Positions 52,239-63,864 of a DNA stretch of 64,000 nucleotides are shown here, one piece after another. The stretch is from an uncultured Candidatus Rokubacteria bacterium (GTDB lineage Bacteria; Methylomirabilota; Methylomirabilia; Rokubacteriales; CSP1-6), in contig CAVWWD010000004.1 in the NCBI GenBank assembly GCA_963758635.1, positions 64,001 to 128,000 on the forward strand, in the 5' to 3' direction. The first letter of the stretch is position 1, and every line of letters starts with the position of its first letter. The position numbers were made by a program, and so were the translations under genes. The notes under the pieces are model-generated. The model did no database searches. It was not told where the DNA came from and saw only the letters and a list, made by a program, of their open reading frames with translations.

Positions 52239-53081
52239 ATGCTCTACCGGGGAATGGATCGCGCCACGCTCGACGCCGCCTACAACAACGGAGCCGCCGT
52301 CGGCCTCGCCAGGCGCGATCAGTACGCGGAGGACCGGCGCCTCCGCAGCGAGGCGCTCCGCAAGCGCCTTCACGGCCGCCTCGACGTGCCGTACGGCTCG
52401 GGGGCGCGCCAGCGGCTGGACTTCTTCCCGTGCGGTCGCCCGGGCGCGCCCACGCTGGTCTTCATCCACGGCGGCTACTGGCAGACGAACGACAAGGAGC
52501 CGCTCACCTTCGTGGGCGAAGGCGTCCTGCCCGCCGGATTCAACCTGGCCCTGGTGGAGTACACGCTGGCGCCCGCGGCCCGGCTCGACGAGATCGTCGC
52601 GGAGGTGCGCGCGGGCGTCGCGTGGGTGATCGACCACGCCGCCGAGCTGGGCGCGGACGCCGCGCGCGTGTTCGTCTCCGGCAACTCCGCGGGCGGCCAT
52701 CTCACCGCGATGGCCATGACGGACCAGCGCATCGCGGGCGGCATCGCGATCAGCGGCCTGTACGACCTGGAGCCGATCCGGCTCTGCTACCTGAACGAGA
52801 AGCTCCGCCTGGACCCCGCGGAAGCGGAGCGCAACAGCCCGATCCTCCACCTGCCTGCGCGCTCGGCGCCGCTGGTGGTGACGGTGGGCCTGGGTGAGCT
52901 ACCCGAGCTGATCCGCCAATCGGCAGAGTACGCGGAGGCCTGGGGGAAGCACGGACTCCCTGGCTACTACCTGCCGATCGAGGTCCACGATCACTTCTCG
53001 ATCCTCGAGGAGCTGGCGCGGCCGGACGGCAAGCTGCTGGGCGCGCTCGAGGAACTGGCGAAGGGCGGCCGCGCCGCCTGA
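52239..53081 (+). CDS. Alpha/beta hydrolase (arylformamidase-like)
   Basis: HGGYWQ, GNSAGG, DHF; RBS AGGAG. Confidence 0.88.
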   Translation: MLYRGMDRATLDAAYNNGAAVGLARRDQYAEDRRLRSEALRKRLHGRLDVPYGSGARQRLDFFPCGRPGAPTLVFIHGGYWQTNDKEPLTFVGEGVLPAGFNLALVEYTLAPAARLDEIVAEVRAGVAWVIDHAAELGADAARVFVSGNSAGGHLTAMAMTDQRIAGGIAISGLYDLEPIRLCYLNEKLRLDPAEAERNSPILHLPARSAPLVVTVGLGELPELIRQSAEYAEAWGKHGLPGYYLPIEVHDHFSILEELARPDGKLLGALEELAKGGRAA

Positions 53082-53088
53082 GGGAGGT

Positions 53089-53121
53089 CCGGACGCGCGA
53101 GTTTGAAGTCCGCGCGTCCGG
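53089..53121. terminator. Hairpin between convergent genes (no U-tract)
   Basis: CCGGACGCGCG-N11-CGCGCGTCCGG. Confidence 0.4.
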
Positions 53122-53207
53122 GGTGGGTCAGACAGCACCCGCGAGCAGCACCTCGCTCCGCCCGACTGGACGCTGGCGGTCGCCGGTGCTCTGGGGTTTC
53201 GCCGAGA

Positions 53208-53336
53208 CTAGAACCCGTCGCAGAGACGCGTCTCGTAGGGGTTCTGTCTCGGTGCGGCCTCGGTCATCACCGGGACGAGAGTTGCCGCCACGGCCAGGAT
53301 GCCGAGCATCACGGCGATCACCTTGCTGAGCTTCAT
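53208..53336 (-). CDS. 42-aa secreted peptide precursor (absent from the ORF track)
   Basis: MKLSKVIAVMLGILAVAATLVPVMTEAAPRQNPYETRLCDGF; RBS AGGAGG; Sec-type signal; upstream sigma54 motif. Confidence 0.75.
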   Translation of the reverse strand: MKLSKVIAVMLGILAVAATLVPVMTEAAPRQNPYETRLCDGF

Positions 53337-53384
53337 GGCCTGTTCCTCCTCTCGGTAGATGTCTGCAGCTATCTTTCAGGTGAG

Positions 53385-53399
53385 GCACACGACGTGCCA
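53385..53399 (-). promoter_or_regulatory. Sigma54 -24/-12 promoter of the peptide gene
   Basis: TGGCACGTCGTGTGC (GG-N10-GC); AT-rich IHF-like tract at ~53415-53437. Confidence 0.65.
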
Positions 53400-53627
53400 G
53401 AGCGCCCATACGGCTAAAATCCTCTGGATTTCAAGGGATGAGCGGCCGGGCCCACCGCTCCTCCGAGTTGTTCGGGCGGATCGGCAGAAGCCGATCGGGC
53501 AGAAAGCCGTCGCGACGAAGAGCCGGCGTTTCGCTCCCGGCCGCGTTCGAGGCGCGGGCGAGCCGCATCATCGACTGATCCCGGTCGCCCTCTTGGCTCC
53601 AATCCGAACTGCAAGTAAGGAGCGGCG

Positions 53628-54471
53628 TCAGCTCCTTCCGTACCGGCTCGTCGGGCCCGCGCCATCGGCCTCGGGCGGCGGCACACCGAGGGTGTCACGC
53701 AGCGCCGCGCCCTGGCTCGTGAACCACTGATGGAGCGTCGTCATGTCCCAGCCCATGCAGAAGTGGTTGACGCCCATGTCGAGGTGGCGCTTGGCCTCGG
53801 CCGGCTCGCCGATCTCCGCGCGCGGCGCCACGCCGCGGCGTCAGCGCCGTGTCCACCATGAAGCGCTCGGCCTCGCGCACCGCGGGATGGTCCCACTGGC
53901 CGGCGAGGCCGATGCTCATCGCGTAGTCCGCGGGGCCGAACTGCACCATGTCCACGCCGGGCACGGCGAGGATGGCGTCGAGGTCCTCCACCGCCTGCTT
54001 CTTCTCGATCATGAGCGCGACCACCGCGTCGTCCAGCGCCTGCACGTAGGCCGGCGTGCCCACCTCCATCACGTGGCCCACGTCGCGCCGCATCCCGACG
54101 CCGTGGATGCCGCCCGAGCCCGGCGCCTCCGCGCGCACCGCACGCACGGCGGCCTGCGCGTCGGCCACGGTGCGGATGTCGGCGAAGAGCACGTTCTGGA
54201 TGCCCGACCCGATGGCGCGCACGGCCAGGTACGTGCGCGGCTCCTGCTCGACCTTCATCATGCCCGTCATGTGGGGGAAGAGGTCCACGGCGCGGCCCAG
54301 GTTCTCGAGCGCGTAGAGATCGTAGGGCGCGTACTCGGCCAGGAACTCGACGTAGTCGAACATCCGCGAGTGGCCCACCAGCTCCACGATCGACGGCCAC
54401 GAGATGGCCAGGTGCGTGCCGATCGACGGACGGCCCTCCCGCAGCAGCTCCCTCAGGCGATTTCGTCGCAT
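53628..54471 (-). CDS. HpcH/HpaI aldolase family protein, frameshift near 53835
   Basis: FDYVEFLAEY, MIEKKQAVEDLDAIL.VPGVDMVQFGPADY. Confidence 0.87.
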
Positions 54472-54550
54472 GGTACCCTCCAGGCCGCAGAGGATATCCC
54501 GCGCCGCGCGCGCCTCGCAAGGCGCGCGAGCGCCACGAGGAGACATCGTG

Positions 54551-55756
54551 ATGCAGATCGGCCGGCTCGGGGTGTGGGCGTCGATGGACGGCATGACCGC
54601 GGCGGCGGCGGCGGACTTCGCCCGACGCGTGGAGAGCTGGGGCTATGGCGCCCTCTGGGTGCCGGAGTCGGCGGGCCGGAACGTCTACGTGCTCTCCGCC
54701 TGGCTGCTGGCATCGACGCGCACGCTGGTCATCGCCACGGGCATCGCCAACATCTACGCGCGCGATCCGCAGGCCTCGGCGTCGGCGCAGAACGCGCTGA
54801 ACGAGCAGTCCGGAGGCCGCTTCCTGCTCGGGCTGGGCGTGTCCCACGTGCCGCTGGTGGAAGGGCTCCGGGGCCACACGTACGGCAAGCCGGTCGAGAC
54901 GATGCGCGCCTACCTGGAGGGCATGCGACGGGCGGGCTACGCGGCTCCGGCGCCTCCGGAGCCTCCGCAGACGGTCCTCGCCGCCCTCCGGCCGCGGATG
55001 CTCGCGCTCTCCGCGTCCCACGGCGCCGGCGCGCACCCGTATCTGGTCACGGCCGAGCACACGAGGCAGGCGCGCCGCGCCCTCGGCCCCGGGAAGCTCT
55101 TGTGCCCGGAGCAGACCGTGCTCGGGGTGACCGACGCGACGACGGCCCGTCGCGTCGGCCGCGCCTGGATCACGCGGTACCTCGCGCTGACGAACTACCG
55201 GGAGAACCTGCTGCGGCTCGGCTTCACCGAGGGCGACCTGGCCGACGGCGGATCGGATCGCCTGGTCGACGCGCTCATCGCCTGGGGCGACCCGCGGGCG
55301 ATCCGGGCGCGCGTGGAGGAGCACTGGGCGGCGGGCGCCGACCACGTCTGCGTCCAGGCGCTCGACCCCGCGGGGGCCACGCCGGCCCGCCCCGACGAGG
55401 GCCTGCTCGCCGCGCTCGCGCCCTCGGCCTCCGACCGCGCGCTAGAGGCCCGGCCTCACGGGCCGCCCCAGCAGGCTCCGCTCCGCCTCCCGCCGCGTCT
55501 CGAAGACGTGGGCGGAGACCTCCCGCCGCGCCAGCTCCTTGCCGAGCTTCAAGCGCAGGAAGCCGCTGTTGGTGAAGCGCGAGACCTTGAGGTAGTAGCG
55601 CTTCTCGACGTACTGCACGGCGTCCATGTACGCGGCCATGGCGTCGTCGTCGACCTCGAACCCCTCCGGCGGGTGACGCCGCAGCCGGCACGAGCACGGC
55701 CGCGCTACGTGCGGGATCGTTCTCGTCGCGCCGGCGCCCGGCCGCGCGCTCGATGA
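54551..55756 (+). CDS. F420-dependent LLM-class oxidoreductase (homology ends ~55430; true stop uncertain)
   Basis: GYGALWVPE, ATGIANIY.RD, LGLGVSH, AALRPRML, AGADHVCVQ. Confidence 0.85.
   Translation: MQIGRLGVWASMDGMTAAAAADFARRVESWGYGALWVPESAGRNVYVLSAWLLASTRTLVIATGIANIYARDPQASASAQNALNEQSGGRFLLGLGVSHVPLVEGLRGHTYGKPVETMRAYLEGMRRAGYAAPAPPEPPQTVLAALRPRMLALSASHGAGAHPYLVTAEHTRQARRALGPGKLLCPEQTVLGVTDATTARRVGRAWITRYLALTNYRENLLRLGFTEGDLADGGSDRLVDALIAWGDPRAIRARVEEHWAAGADHVCVQALDPAGATPARPDEGLLAALAPSASDRALEARPHGPPQQAPLRLPPRLEDVGGDLPPRQLLAELQAQEAAVGEARDLEVVALLDVLHGVHVRGHGVVVDLEPLRRVTPQPARARPRYVRDRSRRAGARPRAR
55442..55666 (-). pseudogene. C-terminal remnant resembling the extension of acyl-CoA:acetate/propionate CoA-transferases
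   Basis: GFEVDDDAMAAYMDAVQYVEKRYYLKVSRFTNSGFLRLKLG; recognised from memory, not searched; no upstream part. Confidence 0.5.
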
Positions 55757-57145
55757 TGTCCCCCAGGCGCGTAACGTCCTCGGCCCAGGAGCGCTCGCGT
55801 ACATGCGAACGCTAGCCGCAGCCGGGAGGTCACGCAGCTCTTCCGGCAGGTCGTCGCTGCGCGGCATCGTCGCGGCATCGACGAGGAGCGGCACGAGCGA
55901 CCTGCGCATGGTGAGCGCGGCACGCAGCGTCTCCGGAGGGGGACGGGCACGTCGGGCTCAACTTGCGGGACCTCGCGAAGGAGCGTGGCGAACGCCGGGC
56001 CGATGACCAGCAGGACCACGTGCGCGTGGGCCAGGGCGGCCTCTGGCAATGTTTCTCTGTCGGACGCGGAGTCCGGAGGCACGAGCGCGGCAGTTGCGTG
56101 TGCGTGCTCTCCGGCCCGAAGCGATCCGCCAGGTCCTGCCGGAGTCGATAGGTGTGTCGTGGTCTGTCGCCGCGTGAGAGCAGAGGTAGATGCGGAGGCG
56201 GGCCTGGTCGCGGGCAGGAGCCGGCGGTGGCGGCGCCGGCGCCCAGCGCCTTGGCCACCCGCTCGACGAGGCGCGTCAAGGCCTCGGGGCCGCCGTGGAG
56301 CGCGTCGAACGCCAGCGCGTTCCTCCGGGTGAGCGTGCGGATGGCCGGCGGAAGCTCGTCTTCGGTCGGCATGCGGGCGCCGTCGAGCAATACCGGGATG
56401 ATGCGGCCTCCGCTCTGTAGCGCGAGCGCGATCTCCTCGCTCGCGTAGCCCTCCCGCACCCCGTCGCGCGCGACGACGACCAGCGTGGCCACGGCGCGAG
56501 CCAGGATCGACTCCACGCGCGAACGGCGAACCGGGTCCGCGAAGTCGACGAAGTCGCTGCCGATCACCTCCATGTCGGGAAGCCGGTCCTGGAGCCCGCG
56601 AACGAGTGCCCGGTAGACGTAAGCGGTGGCCTCGATGAGGCCGCACGAGACGAAGAGGACCGGCTTGTCGGCCTGCGCGTCGGGCTGCCCCGCCGCGGGC
56701 CCGCGAAGCTGGCGGACGAGCGCCGAGACGTCACGTCCCACGACGGCGCCTCGACTCGGATCGCGTGGAAATCTGTCGGCTCACGGAGTGCGGGCCGGGC
56801 CTGGACGAACGTGTCGAAGGACGCGCCGTCGACCAGCACCGGGACGATGCGCTTGCCGAGCGCGCGCGCCCCCTGGATCTCCGCTGCGACGAGCTGGGTC
56901 TCCTCGCTGACCGCCTGCGTGTTGGCGATCCCAGTTGCGAATGGCCGATCGATCACGACCAGCACGGCTCGCGCCCTCTCGATCCCCGACCGCGCCCACC
57001 CCTCGATGGTCGTTCCTTCTGGCATGAACGCCAGATCACCCATGTCGTCTATGTCCCAGCCCTCTTGGCGCAGGCTCCGGACCAGCCTTCGTGCCGATTC
57101 GCTCGGATCGATGCGCGACGAGATGACATACAGGACGTTACCGGC
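55705..57145 (-). other. Three tandem TIR_2-like domains
   Basis: AAEIQGARALGKRIVPVLVDGA; SEEIALALQSGGRIIPVLLDGARMP..ELP; AALTMRRSLVPLLVDAATMP..DLP. Confidence 0.75.
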
Positions 57146-60100
57146 GACCGGCGCCTGCTCAGCGACTGCCGACGTGTCTGCCCGGTTGCCGCGCTCGGCT
57201 CCAGAGGTGCGCTTGCCGGCGACTCCGACGCCAGGTCTCGCGGCGCATTCGCCGTGGCCTGCGCCAGCGGGATCAGCTCGAGCGCCAGGAGCTTCCGCGC
57301 CACGGCCTCCGCGACGGCCTCCGTCGAGTCGCCACGCGCGAGGCGGATCTCTCCGGCCTCGTGGGCGCGGGGAACGGCGGTGGCATCCAGGGCGCCGGCA
57401 CCCGTCGGGCGCACCGCGGTGAAGCGGTCAACGGCGAGGGAGGCGACGGACGGCGGCACGGCGCCTGCGGTACCTTCCCACATGACCACGTCGAGCTCGG
57501 TCGCGCCGTCGTGCCCGAGCAGCGGCGTCACGAGCCACGCGACGAGCCGTCTGAGGAGCCACGCGACGAGCCCCGTCGGGACGCCCTTCCTGCCCGCCGC
57601 GATCGACCGTGCCAGGAGGAGCGCGGCGAGGCGCCAGGCTCCGAGCTGGATCCGAGGCAGCGTTCCCCACGCGGCGCCGCGGCGGACCACGTGGCAGTCG
57701 ACGGCCCGGCCTGCCGCGTCCAGCTGTCCGTGGATCAGCCGGGCAACACGCTCGGCCGCGGCGAGATCCTCCGAAGAGCAGAGGATCACCATGAAGCGAC
57801 GGACGATACGCGGGACGGGCGGCCGCAGCAGCCGCCGGAAGTCCAGCGAGGACCGCAGCATGCGCGCCTCGAAGTGCGTCCCCGGCAGGCTCGTGAACTG
57901 GGCGGCCGTGATTCCGGGGCGTACCGCCGCTGCGGCGGAACGAGGAACGAAGGCCGTCGACAGGGGCGCCGACGAGACGATCGGCCCGAAGCCCCCGAGG
58001 AGGAGCCTCGTCCTGAGTGGCAGATCTGGGCCCCGGATGACGAGCGCCTGGGCCGAGCTCTCCATGCGGCTTCCGATGACGAAGGGCCAGAGCTCGGCGG
58101 GCGCGTACAGCTCGCGCACCGGCAACGCGGGCCAGGCGTCGGGCTGCGCGTCGGCCCAGTCGTCGAGGTGCACGGGTCGAAGCGGGAAGAGCGCTTCCAT
58201 CTCGCCGGCGAGGCCGGCGGCCCGGAGATGCTCGCCGCCGATGCGCGGGCATCCTCGGGCACGGCGAGGATGGTGACCTGGCCCCCTCGCCAGCCCCCGG
58301 CGGCGCGCGCGGCCGCGCTGACGGTCTGGCCTCTCGTCCCGTTGTGGCACCAGGATCCAGAGCGGCACGTTGCAACGGGTGCCGGGGCGGCGAACCACAG
58401 CCGGATCCATCCGTAGGAGAGCGCGGCGGCCAGCGCCACGAGCCACTCCCGGCCGAGGACCACTCCGGCGTCCAGCCGCCACAGCACGAGCGGCACGAGG
58501 CAGCAGAGCGTGGCGGCGACGAGCGTCTCGCTGACGGCCACGGCCTCGAAGCGCCCGCGCAGCTGGCCGACGACGAGCCAGCGCGGTACACGCCACGCGG
58601 TCCAGCCGAGCGCGGCGAGCAGCGAGCACGGCGACGGCCCAGCCGGCGGTGACGCGAGGCTCTCGATCGGTGTGCCCATGGCGCGCGCCCGCCGTGGATC
58701 TCGACCGTCTGGCCGAGCCAGATCGCCGATACCAGCGCCGCGGCGAGGACCAGCACGCGGAAGCAGGTGTCACGCATCGGCGCGAGCGCGACGCCTGGCC
58801 GGAGCGCCACCGCGCGCCTGCCGTCGCGGCGAGCCACGCCAGTGGTGCCGTGACGGCGGCCCAGAGCAGCGCCAGCGGCTCGATGGCCGCCAGGAAGCCG
58901 AATCCGAGGATGGTAAGCAGAGGCCACGCCGTCGCCGCGAACGTGGCGACGGCGCCGAGCGCCAGGCCTCGGCCCAGCGACGATCCGCGACTGATCGAGC
59001 GCACGACGACCGCGAACAGCAGCGCACGCGGCGAACGGCAGCAGCAGCACGAAGGTCGCCACCTGGCCGGGCGCGACGACCGTCCGGCCGAGGCTGATCA
59101 GGAACCAGGTCGTGCTGAACACGGTGGCGCCGGGCGATCCGGGGACCGCGTAGAAGACGATGGCGAGCGGGATCGCCACCACCACGGCGAGCGCGGCGGT
59201 GACCAGGATGCCCCTGAGACGCACGCCCAGCGCCACGAGCACGAGCAGGAGCGCGACGCGAGCACGAGCGGCAGCGTGCGCACGAGCGGCAACGCCACCG
59301 CGCCGACCATCTGCGCGGCGATCACGGTGACGGGCGTCGCCACGGCCAGGGCGGCGAGCCGACCGAGGCCGCGCGGCAGGCTCGGTGGCACCGGCCGCCG
59401 GCGAGCCGGGCGAGGGGAGGCCGCGGACTCCGCCGGCTTCGTGGCATAGCTCGGCGACGGCGCTCACGCCGTGACCGCCCGCCTCGTCAGCGCGCGCCGC
59501 ACGCGGCGCTCGACCCGCAGAAGGGCCAGCAGCGTGCCCGCGAACGCCAGGGCCAGCAGCCACCAGATGGGCTGCCAGCCGGCCCGGGCCAAGGTGACGT
59601 TGTGGGCGATCAGGCCCTGGAGGCGGGAGACGCCGGAGGGCGCCGGCGCGCGGATACGGATTCAGCCTCCAGATCTGAACCGTATGGGTGCCGCATCGGA
59701 GCGTGGGCTCGTGGTGGAGGCGGCTTGCTGGCGAGCCGCGTCGGCGCGCTTCGCCTCTTCGCACGGACGCTGGCGGCGCGGGGCTCGATCGAGAGCTGTC
59801 GCGGGGGTCTCGGACGCGATCGCCAGGTACTCTCCCGTCGGCCCGATCGCGATCGTGTCGATCGGACGCCGGCGCTGCGGAGCGTGCCGAGCTCGGCGCG
59901 CGTGGTCGCGTCCCAGAGCCGCACGGTGCCGTTCGTGCTGGCCGCGATGATGCGGCGGCCGTCCGGGCTCCAGGCCACCCGGAACACCGTGCCGCTGGCC
60001 GTGGTGGCCGGACTTCCCGGCGAGTAGGCGAGAAACGGCGAGCCGATCTGGGCTCCGGTGTCCGCGTCCCAGAGACGGACGGTGCCGTCACTGAGCTGCC

Positions 60101-63100
60101 GGAGGCGATGAGGCGGCCGTCGGGGCTCCAGGCCACGGCCCGACACTCTCGGTGTGGCCTTCGAGGGCCGCCCGATCGGGGCGCCCGTTTGCACGTCCCA
60201 GATCCGCACCGTCCGGTCGTCGTTGCCGGAGGCGACACGGCGGCCGTCCGGGCTCCAGGCGACGCTGAACACCCAGATCGTGTTGCCCTCGAGGGGCTGG
60301 CCGATCGGGGCGCCGGTCTCGGCATCCCAGATCCTCAGGGTCGCGTCCTCGCTTCCGGAGGCGATGCGGCGGCCGTCGGGGCTCCAGGCCACGCTCGAGA
60401 CGCGGTCCGCCGTGGCGCTGAGAAAAGGAAGCGATCGGGACGACCGCTTCGACGCAGTCCCAGAGACGCAGGGTCGCCTTCCGTGCTGCCCGAGACGATG
60501 CGGCGTCCGTCCGGACTCCATGCCACGCTCCGACGCGCCCGAGTCCGGCGCGACGTCGCCTCGGAGGTGTCGACCGCTCGCCGCGTGTGCGCGTCCCAGA
60601 TCCCCAGGTTCCCGTCCCCGCCGGCCGTGACGAGGCGGCGGCCGTCCGGGCTCCACGCCATGCTCGAACACTCGATCCGACGTGCTGTCGAGCGGCTTGC
60701 CTACCGGCGTAGCGCTCTGCGTGCTCCAGAACCGCAGCGTGCCGTCATCGTCGAGCGACACGACGCGCTGCCCGTCGGGGCTCCACGCCACGCTCACGAC
60801 GGTGGCGGTGTGTCCTTCGAGGGGCACGCCGATGGGGGTGTAGGAGTCGGCGTCCCAGAGACGCAGCGTGTCGTCGGCGCTGCCGGAGAGGATGCGGCGG
60901 CCGTCGGGGCTCCACGCGACGCTCAGCACGGCGTTACGTGTGCCCCTCGAGCGGGGGTCCCAGGCTGGCCACTGACCGCGTCCCAGAGGCGCAGCGTGCC
61001 GTCGGCGCTGCCGGAGACGATACGTCGCCCGTCAGGGCTCCACGCGACGCTCGACACCTGGCCGGTGTGTCCCTGGAGCGGCGCGACGGACGGGTTGGCC
61101 GGTGTTCGCGTCCAATATCTGGATCCGTTCCGTCTTCGTCGCCCGAGGCGAGCAGCCGTGCGTCGGGGCTCCATGCGACGATCCCGAGCCAGGAGAACGC
61201 GGCTGCCGGGCACGGGCTTGCCGGCCACCAGAGCGCCGGTCCGGGCGTCCCAGACCTGCGGCGCAGGACCTCCGACCGCGACGATGCGCTGCCCATCCGC
61301 GCTCCACGCCAAGCGCAGCTCGACGGATCCGCTGTTGTCGAGCACGCGGATCGACGCGCCAGCGTCGGCGTCCCAGAGCCGGACTTCCGTCGCGTCCCCC
61401 GGAGGCGATGCGGCGGCCGTCGGGACTCCACGCCACGCTCGACACCGTGGTGCATGACCTCGGAGCGGCGCGCCGATCGGCATCCCGGTCTCCGCGTCCG
61501 AGATCCGGAGCGTGCCGGACTCGCCCCCCGAGACGACACGGCGGCCATCGGGGCTCCACGCCACCGCGAGGGTTCCCGGCGCCTCGATGAGGAACGGATG
61601 GGCCCGGTCGACGAAGAACGCGTTCCGGGGATCGTCGGCGCCGCCGGCGTCGACCGGCCCGCCGCCGCCGAGCGCCGCGACCAGCGGCAGGAGCAGAAGG
61701 ACGAGCGTGAGCGCGCGCCACCGGTTGAGCCCGAGGTACGGGAGCCCGTCCGCCCAGGCCCAGCGCGCCCACTCCGCGCGGGCGCGCTGGCCGGAAGCGC
61801 GCGAGCCATCCGCGCCAGCCGGGCTCGCGCGGCAGCCGCATGCGGCGCGCCCACGAGGCCCAGCGCGCGGGGGCGCGCAGCGCGAGCTGCTCCGGCGACA
61901 CGCCGCTCATGTAGCCCAGGTAGAGCGGATCGCCCTCCGGGCGCCCGTCGCGGCGGACCGCGAAGGGCGATCGCGCCGATCGACGTCGCTGCCCGGCGGG
62001 CGCTCGAAGCCCAGCTCGATGCCGTCGGTGACGGCGCGCGGCGAGATCTTCTCCAGCAGGTCTCTCCACGACGCGCCGGAGCTCGTCCTGTCGCGCGCGC
62101 GACAGCTCGGCCAGGAGCCTGAGCCGCAGCCAGTCCGGCATGCTCTCGCGCTGGAGCCAGGGCAGCCGGACGAGCCGCCGGTAGTTGCGCGCGAGCGCCG
62201 CGCTCAGCGAGCGCTCGTTCGCGAGCGCGTGGGAGCCGGGCCAGCGCCGCCTTGCCGAGGAGCAGCGTGAGCTCCCATCGCACGATGGGCGCGATCGCGA
62301 CGGCGGCGAGCCAGTGGAAACCCGTGCTCGCCCAGGTAGACGCGCAGCTCCAGGATCAGTCGCTCGCAGCGTCGTCCTCGTCGGGCGGCTCCGCGCCGAC
62401 GAAGCGCCGCGCCGTCGCCCTGGCGCAGGAGGCCGGGAAATCGCTGCGGCTCGCTGAGCGTCACCGTGGAGAGCTGGCCGGACACGCACCAGGTCGCCCA
62501 CGCGCCGAGGGCGGACTCCTCCAGCGGCAGCACGATGAAGCCCGGGGTCCGCGGCGCTCTCCGGCGCGCTCGATCGCCTCCTCGCGCGCGCCCCAGTCGC
62601 GCGGCTCGACCGGCGTGAACAGCGCGCGGTCGCGCCAGCGGTGGAAGTGGGAGCCGAGCGCGTCCGGGCGCCACGCGCCCTGCTCGTCCACGAGCGGGTC
62701 GCCGTCCGACACCACGATGAGCCGCTCGCCGAAGCGCGGCGCCCGCGACCTGCGAGAGCTGCGTCCAGCCGCGCTCGCCCGGGCGCGCTGGCGGCGGCGG
62801 GCGGACCATGAGCGCCTCGGCGCCCGATCGCTCGTCGCGCCGGCGCCGCGAGCAGGAGGATCTCCACGTCGAGGCCTTCGCGCTCGAGCCGCTCCGCCCA
62901 CTGGAAGAAGAGCCGGCCGCGCGGGTCCCGCTCGCTGGCCACGTCCACGAGCAGGAGGTAGCAGGGGTGGATGCGGGCCATGGAGTAGCGCAGCACCGGG
63001 ATGCCCTGGTTGCGGAGCGTGGCCTCGATGGTGCGGCGCACGTCCACGAGCGGCCGCCGGGCCAGCCGCTCGATGTCGATGCCGCGGCTGCGGACGTGCC

Positions 63101-63864
63101 GCGCGAGACGGTCCGCCAGCTCCGGCGGCATCGGAGGCACCAGGCGGCGCGCCTCGATGGCGAGCGGCTCCGGGTCGAGGAACATCGGCTCCGACCGCCG
63201 GCGCAGGCCGCGTCCGGCTCAGGACGAGCGCGGGCAGGCTCACGCCGAGCAGCGCGAGGAGCGGAAGCGCGCCGAGGAGCCAGATCCAGCTCGGGCCGGA
63301 GCTCCACGTTGAAGCGGAACGCGGGCTCGAGGCGATCGACGGCGCGGCCCCTGAGTCACTCCGGACGCGGCGCGACGGGCGGCACGGGCGGCGCGGGGCG
63401 TGTCCGGGGCGTCCGGCCCCGGCCCTCGATCTCGGGACGGACGCGCCTTCAGCCCGAGGAGGTCGAAGCGCCAGAGCGAGGCCGCCGGCGAGGGCCACCA
63501 GCGCGAGGCCGACCAGCGCGCAGGACAGCGGGCCGGACCGCAGGGCGGCGGGGGCGGAGGAGGCGGCGGCGGCGGGGGCGGCGGTGGTGGCGCGCCGCCG
63601 CTCCGGCCCTGCCCACCAGTCGTCGAAGATCGCGTCGAACGGCTCCTGCTGCTCGCCGGACTTGCAGAACACCGGGCGGAGGCGCGAGCGAAGCCGATCG
63701 CGATCGCCCAGGTCGGCCCCGCGCTCTCCGAGCGTCAGGAGGAGCTGGGTCGCGTCGATGGCCTCGGATACGCCGACGGGGAAGCCCGCGGCCCGGAGCG
63801 CCTCGACGAGATCCGCGATGCCCGGCCGCGGCCGAGCGTCGGCCGGCTCGGCGCTCGCGCTCAT
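55705..63864 (-). CDS. Giant multidomain protein (vWA/CoxE-like, WD40, multi-TM, tandem TIR) with many frameshifts
   Basis: LVEALRAAGFPVGVSE..FD.IFD; DVRRTIEATL..YLLLVDV; RLPWL...MPDWLRLRL; WSPDG repeats; hydrophobic 58.3-59.7 kb; three TIR-like units. A single-gene model is inferred. Confidence 0.65.
59700..61580 (-). repeat. WD40 repeat array (~14 units, ~130-bp period)
   Basis: 13 clear VAWSPDG..SG..D.T.R.WD units plus one degenerate unit (IAIGPTG). Confidence 0.9.

Noticed and set aside
622..54471. About 20 frameshifted genes as mass pseudogenisation or programmed frameshifting
   Set aside because: Single-base indels in GC runs of otherwise intact genes, with no nonsense decay or slippery motifs; typical long-read errors.
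59700..61580. Periodic repeats as a CRISPR array
   Set aside because: Degenerate protein-coding WD40 repeats; no spacers or cas genes.
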